Positions 12,535 through 25,100 of a stretch of 64,000 bases of DNA are shown in pieces. A program made the position numbers and the translations under genes. The stretch spans positions 5,580,001 to 5,644,000 of the forward strand of contig NC_090362.1 in the NCBI RefSeq assembly GCF_035084215.1, in the 5' to 3' direction. Under the pieces are notes generated by a model. The model was not told where the DNA came from and ran no database searches. It was given only the letters and a program-made list of their open reading frames with translations. The stretch comes from Heptranchias perlo (Eukaryota). The stretch's first letter is position 1, and every line of letters starts with the position of its first letter.

Positions 12535-13830
12535 TGAAGCATGTCCCCATCCCCAATAAGCAATATGTAGATGAGGAAGAGGGGGCCAAGGATAGATCTC
12601 TGGAGGACTCTGTAGGTAATGGTGCAAGGCAGGAAGAGAAGCCACTGCTGCAGATGCTCTGGCTATTATTGGATAGTTAAGAGTAGAACCCAAGAGAGTG
12701 CAATCCCACCAAGCTGGACAATGGAGGAAAGGCATCGAAGGAGGATGGTGTTCGACCCTGTCAAAGGATGCAGAGAGATCGAGGAGGATGAGACTCAGAG
12801 TAAAAAAAGTTTGTGACTTTGATTAGGACCAAAGTTCCTCTGTTGGGGAAGCCCAGAACAAGGGGGCATAATCTTAAAAGTTAGAGCTAGGCCGTTCAGG
12901 GGTGTCAGGGAGCACTTCTTCGCACAAAAGTTGGTGGAAATCTGGAACTCACTCCCCCAAAAAGGCTAGGTCAATTAAAAGTTTAAAAGCTACGATTGAT
13001 AGATTTTTGTTAGGTAAGGGTAATAAGGGATATGGAAGCAAGATGGGTAAATGGAGTTACGATACCAATCAACCATGATTTAACTGAACGGCTGAATGGC
13101 CTACTCCTGTTCCTATGACCATTTTGTCGTGCTGTGGTAGGACTGGAAACCTGATTAGAGAAATTCAAATAGGGAGTTGCATAAAAGATGGGCATGGATT
13201 TGGGAGGCAACAATACATTCAAGGTCTTTGGACAGGAAAGGGAGGTTGGAAATGGAGCAGCAGTTTGCAAGGATGAGATCGAGAGTGGGTATTTGCAGAG
13301 AGGATGATAATAGCGGATTTGAAATGGAGGGGGAAAGTACCTGAGGAGAGGGGACCGTTTATAATGTTAGCAAGCATGGGGGCCAGGAAGTTTAGTGGGA
13401 ATGGGGTCAAGAAAGCAGGAGGTGGTCTCATGGACAAGATGAGCTCAGAGAGGGCATGAGGGGAATTAGGAGAGAAATTAAAGACATGGAATCAGGGCTA
13501 GGGCAGAGTATAGCTTGGGGGAGAATCTTGGTGGACAAGAGGAAGGAGGTGGAAGCAGAAGAAGCTGGACAGATGATCTCAATCTTAGTGATGTCAATGA
13601 GCTCCTCGCACTTGTGGGGACACTCACAGGAGGGGGCACAAGAGAAGGGTTTAAAGAGGTGGTTGGTAGTGGAGATAAAAAGCTTGGGGTTATCTTTGTT
13701 CTCCAGGATCCCGCACTAAGGCAGTTTTATTGTAGGAGGTGAAGGTGGAGGAGGAAGGGGAGAAGGGTTTAAGGAGATGGTTGGTAGTGGAGAAATGAAG
13801 TCTGGGGTTATCTTTGTTCTCCAGAATGAT
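12535..13830 (-). mobile_element. Degenerate L2-like LINE ORF2 fragments with a nested CR1 3' piece (~12830-13115, +)
   Basis: Minus-strand ORFs with LANIINGPLSSGTFPLHFKSAII, a LINE RT-upstream motif; CR1 tail gaatggcctactcctgttcctatg near 13095. Confidence 0.6.
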
Positions 13831-14353
13831 CCTGGATTAGTGGACAGTTTTGGCAGAGGAGAGTGACGCCCGATTCTGCTTGACGTGATCTGATGAATAA
13901 TGGCTAGACCAGTTATGTGCCTCACATGCTCTATTCTGTGCTCCTTGAACTTGAAAGAACGAAGATAGCAGGGGACATACAAGGGCTCTAAACCAGGGTG
14001 GGAGAAAGCAGATGTTTTGCTGAGCAGAAGGGCATCAAAAGTCCAAACAATAATGGACTGAGCTGTGAAAGTCAATCTCCAAACTACAACTAAAAATCTC
14101 AGAATACATTTTAATAAAAATGGAATTTGACTTATTCAGTCACTATAAATCAGTAGCTCTAATAATATCCCCTACATGGCATAAACAACCCCCAACATTA
14201 TAAAAAAAGTAAATCCTCTGACTCACCATAAGCAATGTCATGGGAGATCCACTAGTGTGTGTAGATGTGATGTGCAGTCATACACATATATATTCATATT
14301 TTATTAAAAATCTGAATGAGTGCGGAGCCTGGTCTAATTATTCCTCCACCCTA

Positions 14354-14612
14354 AGAACATAAGAAATAGGAGCAGGAGTAGGCCTCAGGGCCTCATGAGC
14401 CAGCTCCGCCATTCAATCAGATCATGGCTGATCTTTGACCTCAATTCCACTTTCCTGTCCGATCCCAATATCCCTTTATTCCCCTAGAGTCCAGAAATCT
14501 GTCTATCTCAGCCTTAAATATATTCAACAACTGAGCATCCACAGTCCTCTGGGGTAGGGAATGCCAAAGATTCACAACCCTCTGTGTAAAGAAATTCCTC
14601 CTCATCTCAGCC
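14354..14612 (-). mobile_element. CR1 LINE 3' end
   Basis: EMRRNFFTQRVVNLWHSLPQ...FKAEIDRFL; tail aagaacataagaaataggagcaggagtaggcc. Confidence 0.85.
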
Positions 14613-14698
14613 CTGTAACCCTGTTTCATGTGACAACTACATTCGGTCTTGACTCCCAGTGTACAACGCCACGAGAGATCAACCAGTAATATGATTAA

Positions 14699-14850
14699 GA
14701 GGGTCATTTAAATTTTTGCCGACAGCGTAAAACGGGCAATATCCCTTCGGCCGCCCGTTATACACCATCGTTGGAAAGGAAAATCGGCCAAGGCGTATAA
14801 CGGCCGATATCGGCTGTTTTACACCATTGCCAAAAGTTAAAATTATTCCC
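14699..14850. mobile_element. Palindromic MITE with Harbinger/Tourist-type ends
   Basis: Imperfect inverted arms (gagggtcatttaaatttttgcc... / ...gccaaaagttaaaattattccc) flanked by TAA at 14696-14698 and 14851-14853. Confidence 0.7.
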
Positions 14851-14980
14851 TAAAAGTCTTGCAGATAGACTGCCTGTATCGCGTTTACCTCCTGTCACAC
14901 TTTGGCCTATCAATAGAAAACTGCACGGACTGGAAATCTGAAACAAAAACAGAAACTGCTGGAAGCACACATTAACTCCA

Positions 14981-15405
14981 GGTAATAGTTGTGGTTCAGT
15001 GAGTAACACTCTTACCTCTAAGTCAGAAGGTTGTGGGTTCAAGTCCCACACCAGAGACTTGAGCCCATAGTCTAAGCTGACACTGCAGTACTGAGGGAGT
15101 GCTGCACTGTTGGAGGTGCAGTCTTTTGGATGAGATGTCAAAGTGAGGCCCCACTTGCCCTCTCAGGTGGATGTAAAAGTTCCCATGGCACTATTTGAAG
15201 AAGAGCAGGTGTGTTTGACCTGGGCCAATGTTTATCCATCAGCCAACATCACTAAAACAGATGATCTGGTCATTGTCACACTGCAGTTTGTGGGATATTA
15301 CCAAGTGCAAATTAGCTGCTACAGTTCCCTACATTACAATACGTCAAAAGTAAAGCACTTTGGGACGCCCTGAGATGGTGAAAGATGCTGTTTATGCAAG
15401 AAACA
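14981..15405 (+). mobile_element. tRNA-headed Deu-domain SINE (SacSINE1/AmnSINE1-like) with L2-type tail
   Basis: A box tggttcagtgag, B box ggttcaagtcc, central gtgctgcactgttggaggtgcagtcttttggatgagatg; tail aaagcactttgggacgccctgag. Confidence 0.8.
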
Positions 15406-15544
15406 ACTTGCACAAATGGAAGTTCTTTCTTTCCATCGGGATGCTTTGACCCACCTTCCTCTCACATAATTCGGATCTGAAACATCAGTGCCAGTTTTTT
15501 AAAAAAAAAACTATGACTAAATTACATTCTTTTCCTTCCTTGAG

Positions 15545-15868
15545 CCGAAATTTCGCGCCGTCCTGCTCCTGCCTTCAACACGACAGCCGTTAAGCAGAGT
15601 GAGCGCCAAAACGGCGCGCAGGCGCAGCGCACCCGCGAACTTTCCAGAAATATCCCCACGGCAACCGCCGCGCGGGCCGCGTCACGGGAGGGGGCGGGGC
15701 GGTTGCGTGCGCCGATCCAGAACCTTCTGCGAGCCGGCGGATAATTCCCGGGGCGGTTGTGCGCGGTCGGTCGGTCGGTCGGTCGGTTTGGCTCTTTTGA
15801 CTGCGGCCTTGTGGCGACGATCAGCTCGTCGTCATAATAAATCACCGGTGTGATTTTAAAACATAACG
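15545..15868 (+). promoter_or_regulatory. DNAJA4 CpG-island promoter with heat-shock elements and probable non-coding exon 1
   Basis: High CpG density. HSEs cGAAc-tTTCc-aGAAa (15636-15650) and gATCc-aGAAc-cTTCt (15714-15728); GC boxes ~15690-15702; NRF1-like GCGCAGGCGCA 15616-15626; E2F-like TTTCGCGCC 15551-15559; donor acg|gtaggt at 15869. Confidence 0.8.
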
Positions 15869-16142
15869 GTAGGTGTTATTACTTGCACCGGGGCTGCAGG
15901 GAGGTAACTTTCATCATAATGGGGATGACATTGCTGATTATGAATAATATTAGCCTCTAGGGTTATTGGTCTAACTTGTGCCTCTCTGAGGAGTTCTGGC
16001 TGGAGATCAGACATCTAATTTCCGCCGTGGAGTAAGAAATTGTCAGTAATGTCACATTTTTAATAAGTTTTTTATTTGCATTTTGTTATACTTTTATTAA
16101 AGTTACACTTTTTTAAAAAAAAATTCAATTTGTAGGGCAACG

Positions 16143-19100
16143 ATGGTGAAAGAAACCGCTTATTATGACATTCTGGGTGTTAAACCCAACGCTTCTTCGG
16201 AGGAGATCAAGAAGGCGTATCGGAAACTCGCCCTGAAATATCACCCCGACAAGAACCCGGAAGAGGGCGAAAGGGTAAGAGAGAGACAGGTGGTCGTGCA
16301 TTTGCTGCATGGAACTTTCCAGAACATTCTCGGGCCTTCCTCGGGTTACATGGAGAGCGAGTTAACGACAGAACATGAAATCAACAACCCTTTCAAACTT
16401 CCTCCTCCTAAATGTTATTGAATCTGCTCCCACCACCCTTTCAGGCAGTGCATTCCAGATCATAACAACTCGCTGCCTGAAGAAAATTCCCCTCATCTCC
16501 CCTCTCCTTTTGACAATTACTGTAAATCTGGTTACTGATCTTCTGTCACTGTATTCAATTTCTCCTTATTTACTCTATCAAGACCCTTTATGATTTTGAA
16601 CACCCCTATTAAATCTCCCCTTAACCTTCTCTGCTCTAAGGAGAACAACAGCAGCTTCTCCAGTCTCTCCACATAACTGAAGTCCCTCATCCCTGGTACC
16701 ATTCTAGTAAATCTCTTTTGCACCCTCTCTAAGACCTTGCTTGACATCCTTCCTAAAGTTTGGTGCCCAGAATTGGACACAAATTCCACCGTGTCTCCAT
16801 GTAATTGAATTTGACATTCCTGGTACCATTCTAGTAAATCTCTGTGTCCTCGCTAAGGCCTTGACATTCTTCCTAAAGTGTGGTGTGCAGATCTTGTGTT
16901 TAATAACTGTATTAAAGAACTACTTTAAAGAGCAATGTCTTGGTTAAATAGGTTGTAAAATAGTCCTCATTAAGTTTTTTTCCCCCAGATTGGCCCTTTG
17001 AAAGAAGTAATTGCACTAAATTTTCTTTAGCTCTGATCCTAAAGGCTCCTTTTGGTTATTGCCGAGTTAATTTTTTGCAAGTCGTTTAAAATAATTAGCA
17101 TTTTATTCTTAAAGATGGTCATTTTATGAATGAGTTACTTTACTTAGGCAAATCAGTTTAACAGTCTTCCAAAAGATTTTTCTTCACAAATAATAGGTCA
17201 AAGGAACAGCTACTCCATAGGAGAAAAAACCCTAACTTAAAAGCTTTCTCAGTTCTATGTTCAATTACTGTTGTGATGTTAGAAATATTTACACTTGCAG
17301 TAGATAAATTCAAATTTTTTTTGTTCCTTTCTAGTTACTTTTTTTTCTTGCTTTTTTTTAATAGTTCAAGCTTATATCACAAGCCTATGAGGTTTTGTCA
17401 GACTCTAAGAAGCGAGACCTGTATGACCAAGGTGGCGAACAAAGCATTAAAGAAGGAGGAATAGGGGGTGGTGGTTTCTCCTCGCCCATGGACATCTTCG
17501 ACATGTTCTTTGGTGGTGGTGGCAGAATGCAAAGGGAGAAAAGAGGTACATGAAGTAATTTCCCTAGTTCAATAGAGGTTTTAGGGGGGGCAATTCCACA
17601 AAAATATGAAAAATATGCATTATTTTAGTAGAAAGACAAATGGTTGGTAAGCTACCTCTTTCTTTCTTGTAAGATGAACTTGAGTGTTCATACACACTCT
17701 AGATTTAAAAATAGAAAGACTTGCATTTATATAGCGCCTTTCATGATATCAGGACATCCCACAGTGCTTTACAGCCAATTAACTATTTTTGAAGTGTAGT
17801 GACTGTTGTAATGTAGGAAACGTGGCAGCCAATTCATGCACATCAAGGTTCCACAAACAGCAATGAGGTAATGACCAGATCCTTTTTTTTATTAATGTTG
17901 ATTGAGGGATAAACATTGGCCAGGACACCAGGAGAAGTCCCTTGCTCTTCAAAATGGTGCCATGGGTTCGTTACGACCACCCGAGAGGACAGACAGGACC
18001 TTGATTTAATGTCTCGTCCAAAAGACGGCACCTCCAACAGTGCAGCACTCCCTCTACTGCACTGAAGTGCCAGCCTGGATTATATGCTCAAGTCTCTGGA
18101 GTGGGACTTGAACCCACGACTGTCTGACTTAGGGGCAAGAGTGCCACCCACTGAGCCACAGCTGACAATAATGATGGTAAGATACAAGATTGTGCCTGTA
18201 GTTTCCACATATGGTAATTAGTCTGGAAATACCATTGAAGGGGGATGCTGGTGAAGGACAGGTAATCTCCCAGAAGGAATGAGGGGAAACGTGGAGAGAA
18301 GGTCAACTTGCTGCTCTCACATCTAGCCAAATGTTGATAGACTAGCTTGGAAGCGAGGTGCTAGCACTTGACTTGGGCAATGTGTGGTGTATGGAAATAC
18401 CATTTTTTGTTGTGGAAATATTATGGATATTTATCATTTACAGAAGGAACGTGCATTCAAAGGATAGCTTCTGACTTTGGTGGCAGTGTATTGATTGGGA
18501 TTTATCGAGCCCCAGTTTCTTTAGTCTCCCCTCCTTACAAAAATTTCTCATCCCTGTCTCACCTTAGTGAATTTCTTCTGCAACCTCTCCACAGCCTTGA
18601 CTCCTTCCTGAAGTAAAGCACCTAAAGCTGGCCACAGTGTTCTAATTGTGGCCTAACCATTGATTCATTTAGGTTTAGTTTTGATTTTGTACTCTGTGCC
18701 CCTGTTTATAAAAGCTGGACGATTTTTTGTTTACAACTTGACCTCCCACTTTTAAAGATTTGTGTATCTGAACCCCTAAATCTCTCTGCTCCTCTACTCC
18801 TCTTAAAGTTTTACCATGTGCATGTCTGCTCCTTATCCTTCCAAAACGTACTGCCTCCCATTTCTCCATATTAAATTTCATCTGGCAACTACCCGCCCAA
18901 TCTACTAATCTGTCTTTGAACTCCTGAGGTCACTTATAGCCCTCTTCAGTTGAATACATTGCCTATTTTTGTCACCTGCAAATTTTGAATTGTGCCCTCT
19001 ATACCGAAAGGAACCACCCATCTTCTTGCACTGGTCAGAGCACAAATTGGCTGATTGGAGTTAATCTGTTATTTACTCCTGATATGTAGTTTTCTGCTCT

Positions 19101-22100
19101 TCTCACTTTTAATTCAACAGGCACAAGCATTTTTTTTGAAGTAAACCGCACCAACACGTGGAATGGAGTGCCATTGCGGCCTATTAAATGCTGTTATTCC
19201 AGTAGACACTGGGCATGTCTCAGCCTTTTATTTTTCAAGATGCATTTATACTGTTTCTAATACTTGCCTGCTGACTGGCATACAAAAAATCTGGCCAACC
19301 TAATGTGTTGAATTTATCAAGTTCCTTTACTTGGTGCATGTAAAGCATCCATCAACAGCTGTACTAGTGTGGAGAGCACTAATGTAATATAGACCTTCAG
19401 TTTGGTCTTTAAGGAGATGCTGTGCTGACTCCGTATCTGTTCATGTAGACACGTGTATGATGAGCTCACTTTGACGTGTAGTCATCGTTTCTAAGTATTA
19501 AGCACAGCGTTGGCGAGAATACTTCCCAGATAGCTGAACTCAAGTCACAACAATCAGCTCTGTGCTGCCAATGAGTGCTAAGGATGAAGTGCTGGCTGAT
19601 AAGTCACTTTTTTTAGTTGAGGCTGATCAGCTGACGTTCTGCAGCGAAATGTGCAGGAGCAAACCAGCATTCCTACTGCAAGACCCCTTGTGACATTGTG
19701 GAGCAGATCTTATTGAGTTTAGAAGACATGTTTTAACATATTTTCTTTGTCTTGGTCATTTAAACAAAAACATTTTTCTCAACTTGTCTTGTTAAAATTG
19801 GCTAGTGCATTTGAAACAGGAATTGATTAATAGATCAAAGAGGTGCCATGGACAGTCAGCATCAAAGCATCCAAAGATTAATATTCAGGCACCTTGGTCT
19901 GGTCCAGTTTCCATTTTAGTTTAGTACAGTCAACGCAACTTGAGTTACTTTTCTATTGAATACAAGGAGGGTTAGTTAAAATCAAGTTAATCCATATTGT
20001 TTCATCATTTCTGTTCACTTATCCATTTACTGTTCAATAAATCTGTTTGGCAGTTTATAGCTTATGGCACAATTTAGCAAAGTGATTATTCTACCACCTT
20101 CCAATAAGTCAAAATACAATAATGAAGGTTTTCTATTGGACAATTGGGCAGGTAACTGCAGGTTATAGGGAGTGAGGGTTCTCCTATGGTAGTGATTTGA
20201 AATATTGAACCTAAAAGAAATAATCTAGAATAAAACCTAAAAACATAATTGGCCTCATCCATGATGTTCAACACTTCAATAACTTGTCAACGTTCTCTTG
20301 CCACCATTGCAAGGTAAGTGCTTTGTTGTAATACGGCTGTTGCATAGAAGAGCAGTTTGTGTTTTGGGTAACATACCACTTTTAAAGAATCCCACTGACT
20401 TAACACTTGGACCCTGTTATACGGTTTGTGTGACTGCTCTGCATGCACAATAAGTTTGTTGTACCCAATGACACAAGTCGAAATAGTGATCATATCCATC
20501 GAGTGCTTGTCAGCTAATCAACTGTTGGAGGTTCTCAGCTTTTTGTTTTCCAAATTGAGTTTGCCAAGATAGCCTTATTGATTGATAAAACCAATTGTCT
20601 CTCATGCTGGTTAAAACAGTATTTTTAAAGAACTTCCATTGAGAGTAGTAGTTTTTTTCCGGAATGATAGTCTAATGCACAATTATAGGGTAATATTGGA
20701 AGTCTTTCAACCAATTTCAACCAGACATTGAGACTTCAAGATTTTCCTGTGATGTGTCAGAATGGTGAGTGATAGCTTTGAATGAATTAGGCAGTGATCC
20801 ACCAAGCAATCAGTACTAATGGGTGCTGTGGTGATTGAGACATTTCAGAAATATCACTGGAACCAAAAAAAAGTCTTTTTTAAAAAAGAAACCCAAATGT
20901 ATCTGGCTGGCAAAAGATGATGTTGACTTATTGCGTGTACTTGGAAAGTAGCAAGGGGCATCCAGATAGCTTCTTGACCATTTCTGTTATGCTTCCTCTT
21001 GTGTTTCTTACCAGTCCCACAATGCAATAAAGGAGATGGCTCATTAACCCATTGATTTTTCATATTCTCGGTTAACTTCCTTGAACTCAGTATAGACAAC
21101 TGTCTAGTAGTATATCTACAAATAACAACTCATTAACTTTTCTCAGTGTTAGAATAATCCCATAGTTAAATTTGATGCTAAAGAAAATAAAAATCAGCTG
21201 TAAGATAATCTTTAGATATATAAGTTGAAATCAGCATTTGGAAGTATATTTTCACATGTCCTTACTACATTGCCTGTTTATGTCTAGGCAAGGATGTTGT
21301 GCACCAGTTAGCTGTTTCACTTGAAGATATTTACAATGGAGCCACAAGGAAGTTGGCATTGAAGAAAAATGTAATTTGTGACAAATGTGAAGGTGGGTTT
21401 GCAAATTTCATTAAAGAGACAAAGTTAGGCTAAAGCTATAGCATGAAATAATACATGCCAACCTAGAAAAACCATGAATACATCTACGCATAGCATGATA
21501 GATGGTGTAGAAGGGTGGTTTGACTGTTGAATGAATTCTTGGGCAGCTGAAGCTCTACAGTTGGGATGGGCTTCATCTAACCAGAACTGCTACCAAAGTC
21601 TTTGCAGAGAGGGTTAAAAGGGAAAGAAGAGGGATTTAAACTACAGATCATGGGGTAGGGGAGCAAACTTTACAGCACTTGCGGAAGAGATTGAAATAAA
21701 TATAGTGAAGGGCAGAACAATCTAATAGCAAGCTCAGGTGCGGGTGAAGAGGAGGTTATGGAGAAACATACCTTAGCAGAAAGGAGAGTATAGTGAAGGA
21801 GAGAATGAGAAAAAGCTAGAGGGGGGGGAAAAGGGTGCCAGAGTATGAATAGGCTGGGTTGCACTGTTTGTTTATATGCAGATGTCAGAGCATTAGAAAT
21901 AATCAAGGAACTAGATTGGGGGGAGCATAATGTGGGCTTGAAGGAAATTTGGCTTCAGTCGGGACACAATATTTTGTCTTTAAAAATTTTTCGGGTGCAA
22001 TATCAAAGGGTGGCCTTAATTAATTGGGTTACGATCAGACAAAACAGTTTTTTTATTGATGGTGGTGTTCAGTTGAGAGTCTGTCTTGGTTGAGCCAAAT

Positions 22101-25100
22101 AATGAATCTGTCACCGTATTGAGAGTGCCTAATAGGCAGCCAGATAGTGGGAAAGAAATAGATGATGGGATTTGGCAGTTTAGAGGGGTACCCAGTATTA
22201 ATCGAGTTATAATAACAAGGAACTTCAGCCATGGAATTAACACAACAAAGATTCGCTATATTGATATCAGCAATGAAAGGTTAGCTATTAAAAAATTGGT
22301 GCTTTTTTCAAAGGGGATTCAATAGATGTTTTCAAAATTCTGAAAGAGAGTAAGCAATGAAAGATTGTTGGCATGATTGGTGAATTGGGAAAGAGGGGCC
22401 ATAGCCTGAGGATTGTAAGAATAAGCGGGTGAGGGGAATTTAGAATTCTGTTTAGAGGATTATTAGAACATGGGATTAAAGTAGATAGCTCCAGTTCAAA
22501 GGCACTGTGCTCCCTCCGAACCAAGTGTACACATATTATATCCCCTGCTTCCCAATTCGGAGGTAACACCCCGCAGTTCATGTTCTCGTCTGCCTCAATT
22601 CAACCTGACACTCATCTCTCCTTGACCCACCTAGTTCAGGATGGCACTATTCATCCAGTTGCCCAGTCAAGCTAGCACCCTTCTCCCTGTCTCCTATCCT
22701 CACATTCCGCTTGTCTCTTTTCATCCTCCCCCCCCCCCCCCCCCCCCGCCCGCCCACACAGTTCATGCCAGTGCACTCCTTCCTTTCCCCTCCCCCTCCC
22801 CCTCCAATCCTGGGATTCTCCTCACTCTTTCCTACCTCCTGTTGCTGCTGCTCTAAAGCGAATCAGTGCCACTGCATGCTGAGTGGGAATTCCTAATCTT
22901 GCTTAAAGCAGAAGTACGAACCAAGAGGTATACTGATTTTTGGCTGTGAAACTGCCCTGGAAACACTAACGGTTAGCATGTGTGAAATGATACTGGGTAT
23001 GTTGTAGCTTACCAATACTGTAACCATCAAGAGGGCTGAAGTAATTTTGTGGAGGCATTGGACTACAAACAATGGGGTGAACTGCCAATAAATCTTCACT
23101 AAATAGAGTAGCTAGTAAGCAATAACAGATGTACATTTTTTAAAACTTTATGGCATGAAGTGCAAACTATTTGATTATTACAGTGTTCTGTATGGCAAAA
23201 AGAGGAAAAAAGTTTTAATTCCATTTTTTTCACCTTTTTAAAAAAAACAGGCCGTGGAGGCAAGAAAGGAGCTGTGGAAAAATGTCCAAACTGCAAAGGC
23301 AGAGGGATTGAAATCCATGTCCAACAAATTGGACCTGGAATGGTGCAGCAGATTCAGACTATGTGCTCAGAATGCCATGGGCAGGGTGAGCAGATTAATC
23401 CAAAAGACCGATGCAAGAATTGTAATGGACGCAAAATTGTGAAGGAGAGAAAAATACTAGAAGTTTACATAGACAAAGGTAAATTAAGATGAGAAAGGAT
23501 GCTGGGATGCATCTTAGAGCTGCTCTGTATAATGGTTTTATTAATGACTCCTGAAATGAGTTACTCTGAAATTACTTTATTTAAGGAATGCAAGATGGTC
23601 AGAAGATAACTTTCCGTGGAGAGGGGGATCAGGAGCCTGGATTAGAACCTGGTGATGTCATCATTGTGCTTGATCAGAAGGACCATGACTTATTCCGAAG
23701 GCATGAAAATGACTTGGTGTTGAAAATGGAAATCCTGCTAGTGGAAGCTTTGTGTGGTTTCAAGAGAACAATAGGAACACTTGACAAAAGGACACTTCTG
23801 ATTACTTCAAAACCAGGTTAACTTCAAAGAAAATACTATTTTTTTTAGTACTATATGAAAGTTCTAAAGCAGTAATGTTCTAATATTACTGAAAGCTCCA
23901 TTTCACCTTTTTTCAGAATTGATTGAAACAATTATACTATTTGCTATTCTGTTGGTTCTGTATTGCACAGCACTTTAAAATTTACTTTAGAATGTTCCAA
24001 TGCAGAAACAGACCATTTAAATTTGTGCCAGAGTTTTTTTTCTCACAAACTGCCTAGTCTAATTCCACTTTTCTGTTTGCTTCCCATACTCTTTTTAATA
24101 ATCTTCTTTTCCATGCAACTAGGCAAGTCCCCTTTAAAAGAATTCTGCATTCTAACTACCTTCTGTGCAAAACTGTCCCTTTTAATTCTTTTTGTGATTC
24201 CTCTTGTTACTGTCTCACTGATCATTGGAATCAATCTCGTCACCACTTGCCTATCATATTCCTTCATAATTTTGAAAGTCTCTTAACCTTCTCAGATTTA
24301 GTTGGGGGGAAGGTGCTAACTGTTCAAATCTCCTGACTCTAATCCCTCATCCCTAGTAACAGCCTAAGGAGCTTTTCCATTGCTTTTATATCTGAATATT
24401 CAAAACTGTACACAATACTCCATCTTTTGCTTAACAAAGCTCTTGTACAAGTTCAACATTACACTCCTTGCTTTTGTATCCTGTTGCTAGGTACAAAAAC
24501 TAGAATTTTGTTTGCGTTGCTATGGTTTCATCTGCTGCCATTAATATTTAATGACCTGTGTACTGTGCATACCAAGGTCCCTGTGCTCCTTTATGCCATT
24601 TAAAGGTTGCATCCCTTCCCTATTGCTTCCAAAATGTATTACTTGACATTTTTCTACAGTGAACTGCATCTGCCACCTATCCTAACTGATTTTGCAGTCT
24701 TTCACAATCCGTTCACAAATTTGCCATATCCCCCGTTTGGTGTCATCAGAAAGTTTTGGTATTGTCTCAGTTCAGATCATTCTGGTCATTTTTGGAGTAT
24801 TTTATTTTTAATTAAGCAATTTAAATAACACAGCAAAGTGGGAATTTGAAGTAAGAGGAGCCGCCTGTAGAGTAAATTAGGACAGCTGCAACACAGGTCT
24901 CTGGAGCACCACTCCTTTCCAGTTTGAGAAATTTGATTTTTAGCTGCCTCTCTATTCATGGCCACATTCCCTGTAATTTCATGTACCATCATTTTTGCCA
25001 TAATGGTACCTTTATAAAATGCTTTTTAAAATTCATATAAACCACATTGCCTGCATTTCCTTTATCATATTTTTTCAAAGAATTCTATGAGGTTGGTCAA

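Noticed and set aside
13642-13826. ~68-bp direct duplication inside the L2 remnant
   Set aside because: Ordinary local duplication within decayed LINE sequence.
14985-15055. tRNA-like sequence with A and B boxes (also at ~18095-18165)
   Set aside because: SINE heads that continue into the Deu domain; no complete acceptor stem.
19457-19537. Possible intronic C/D box snoRNA (ATGATGA ... CTGA) in DNAJA4
   Set aside because: No convincing terminal stem and no rRNA or snRNA antisense element that I could recognise; a snoscan or Infernal search would be needed.
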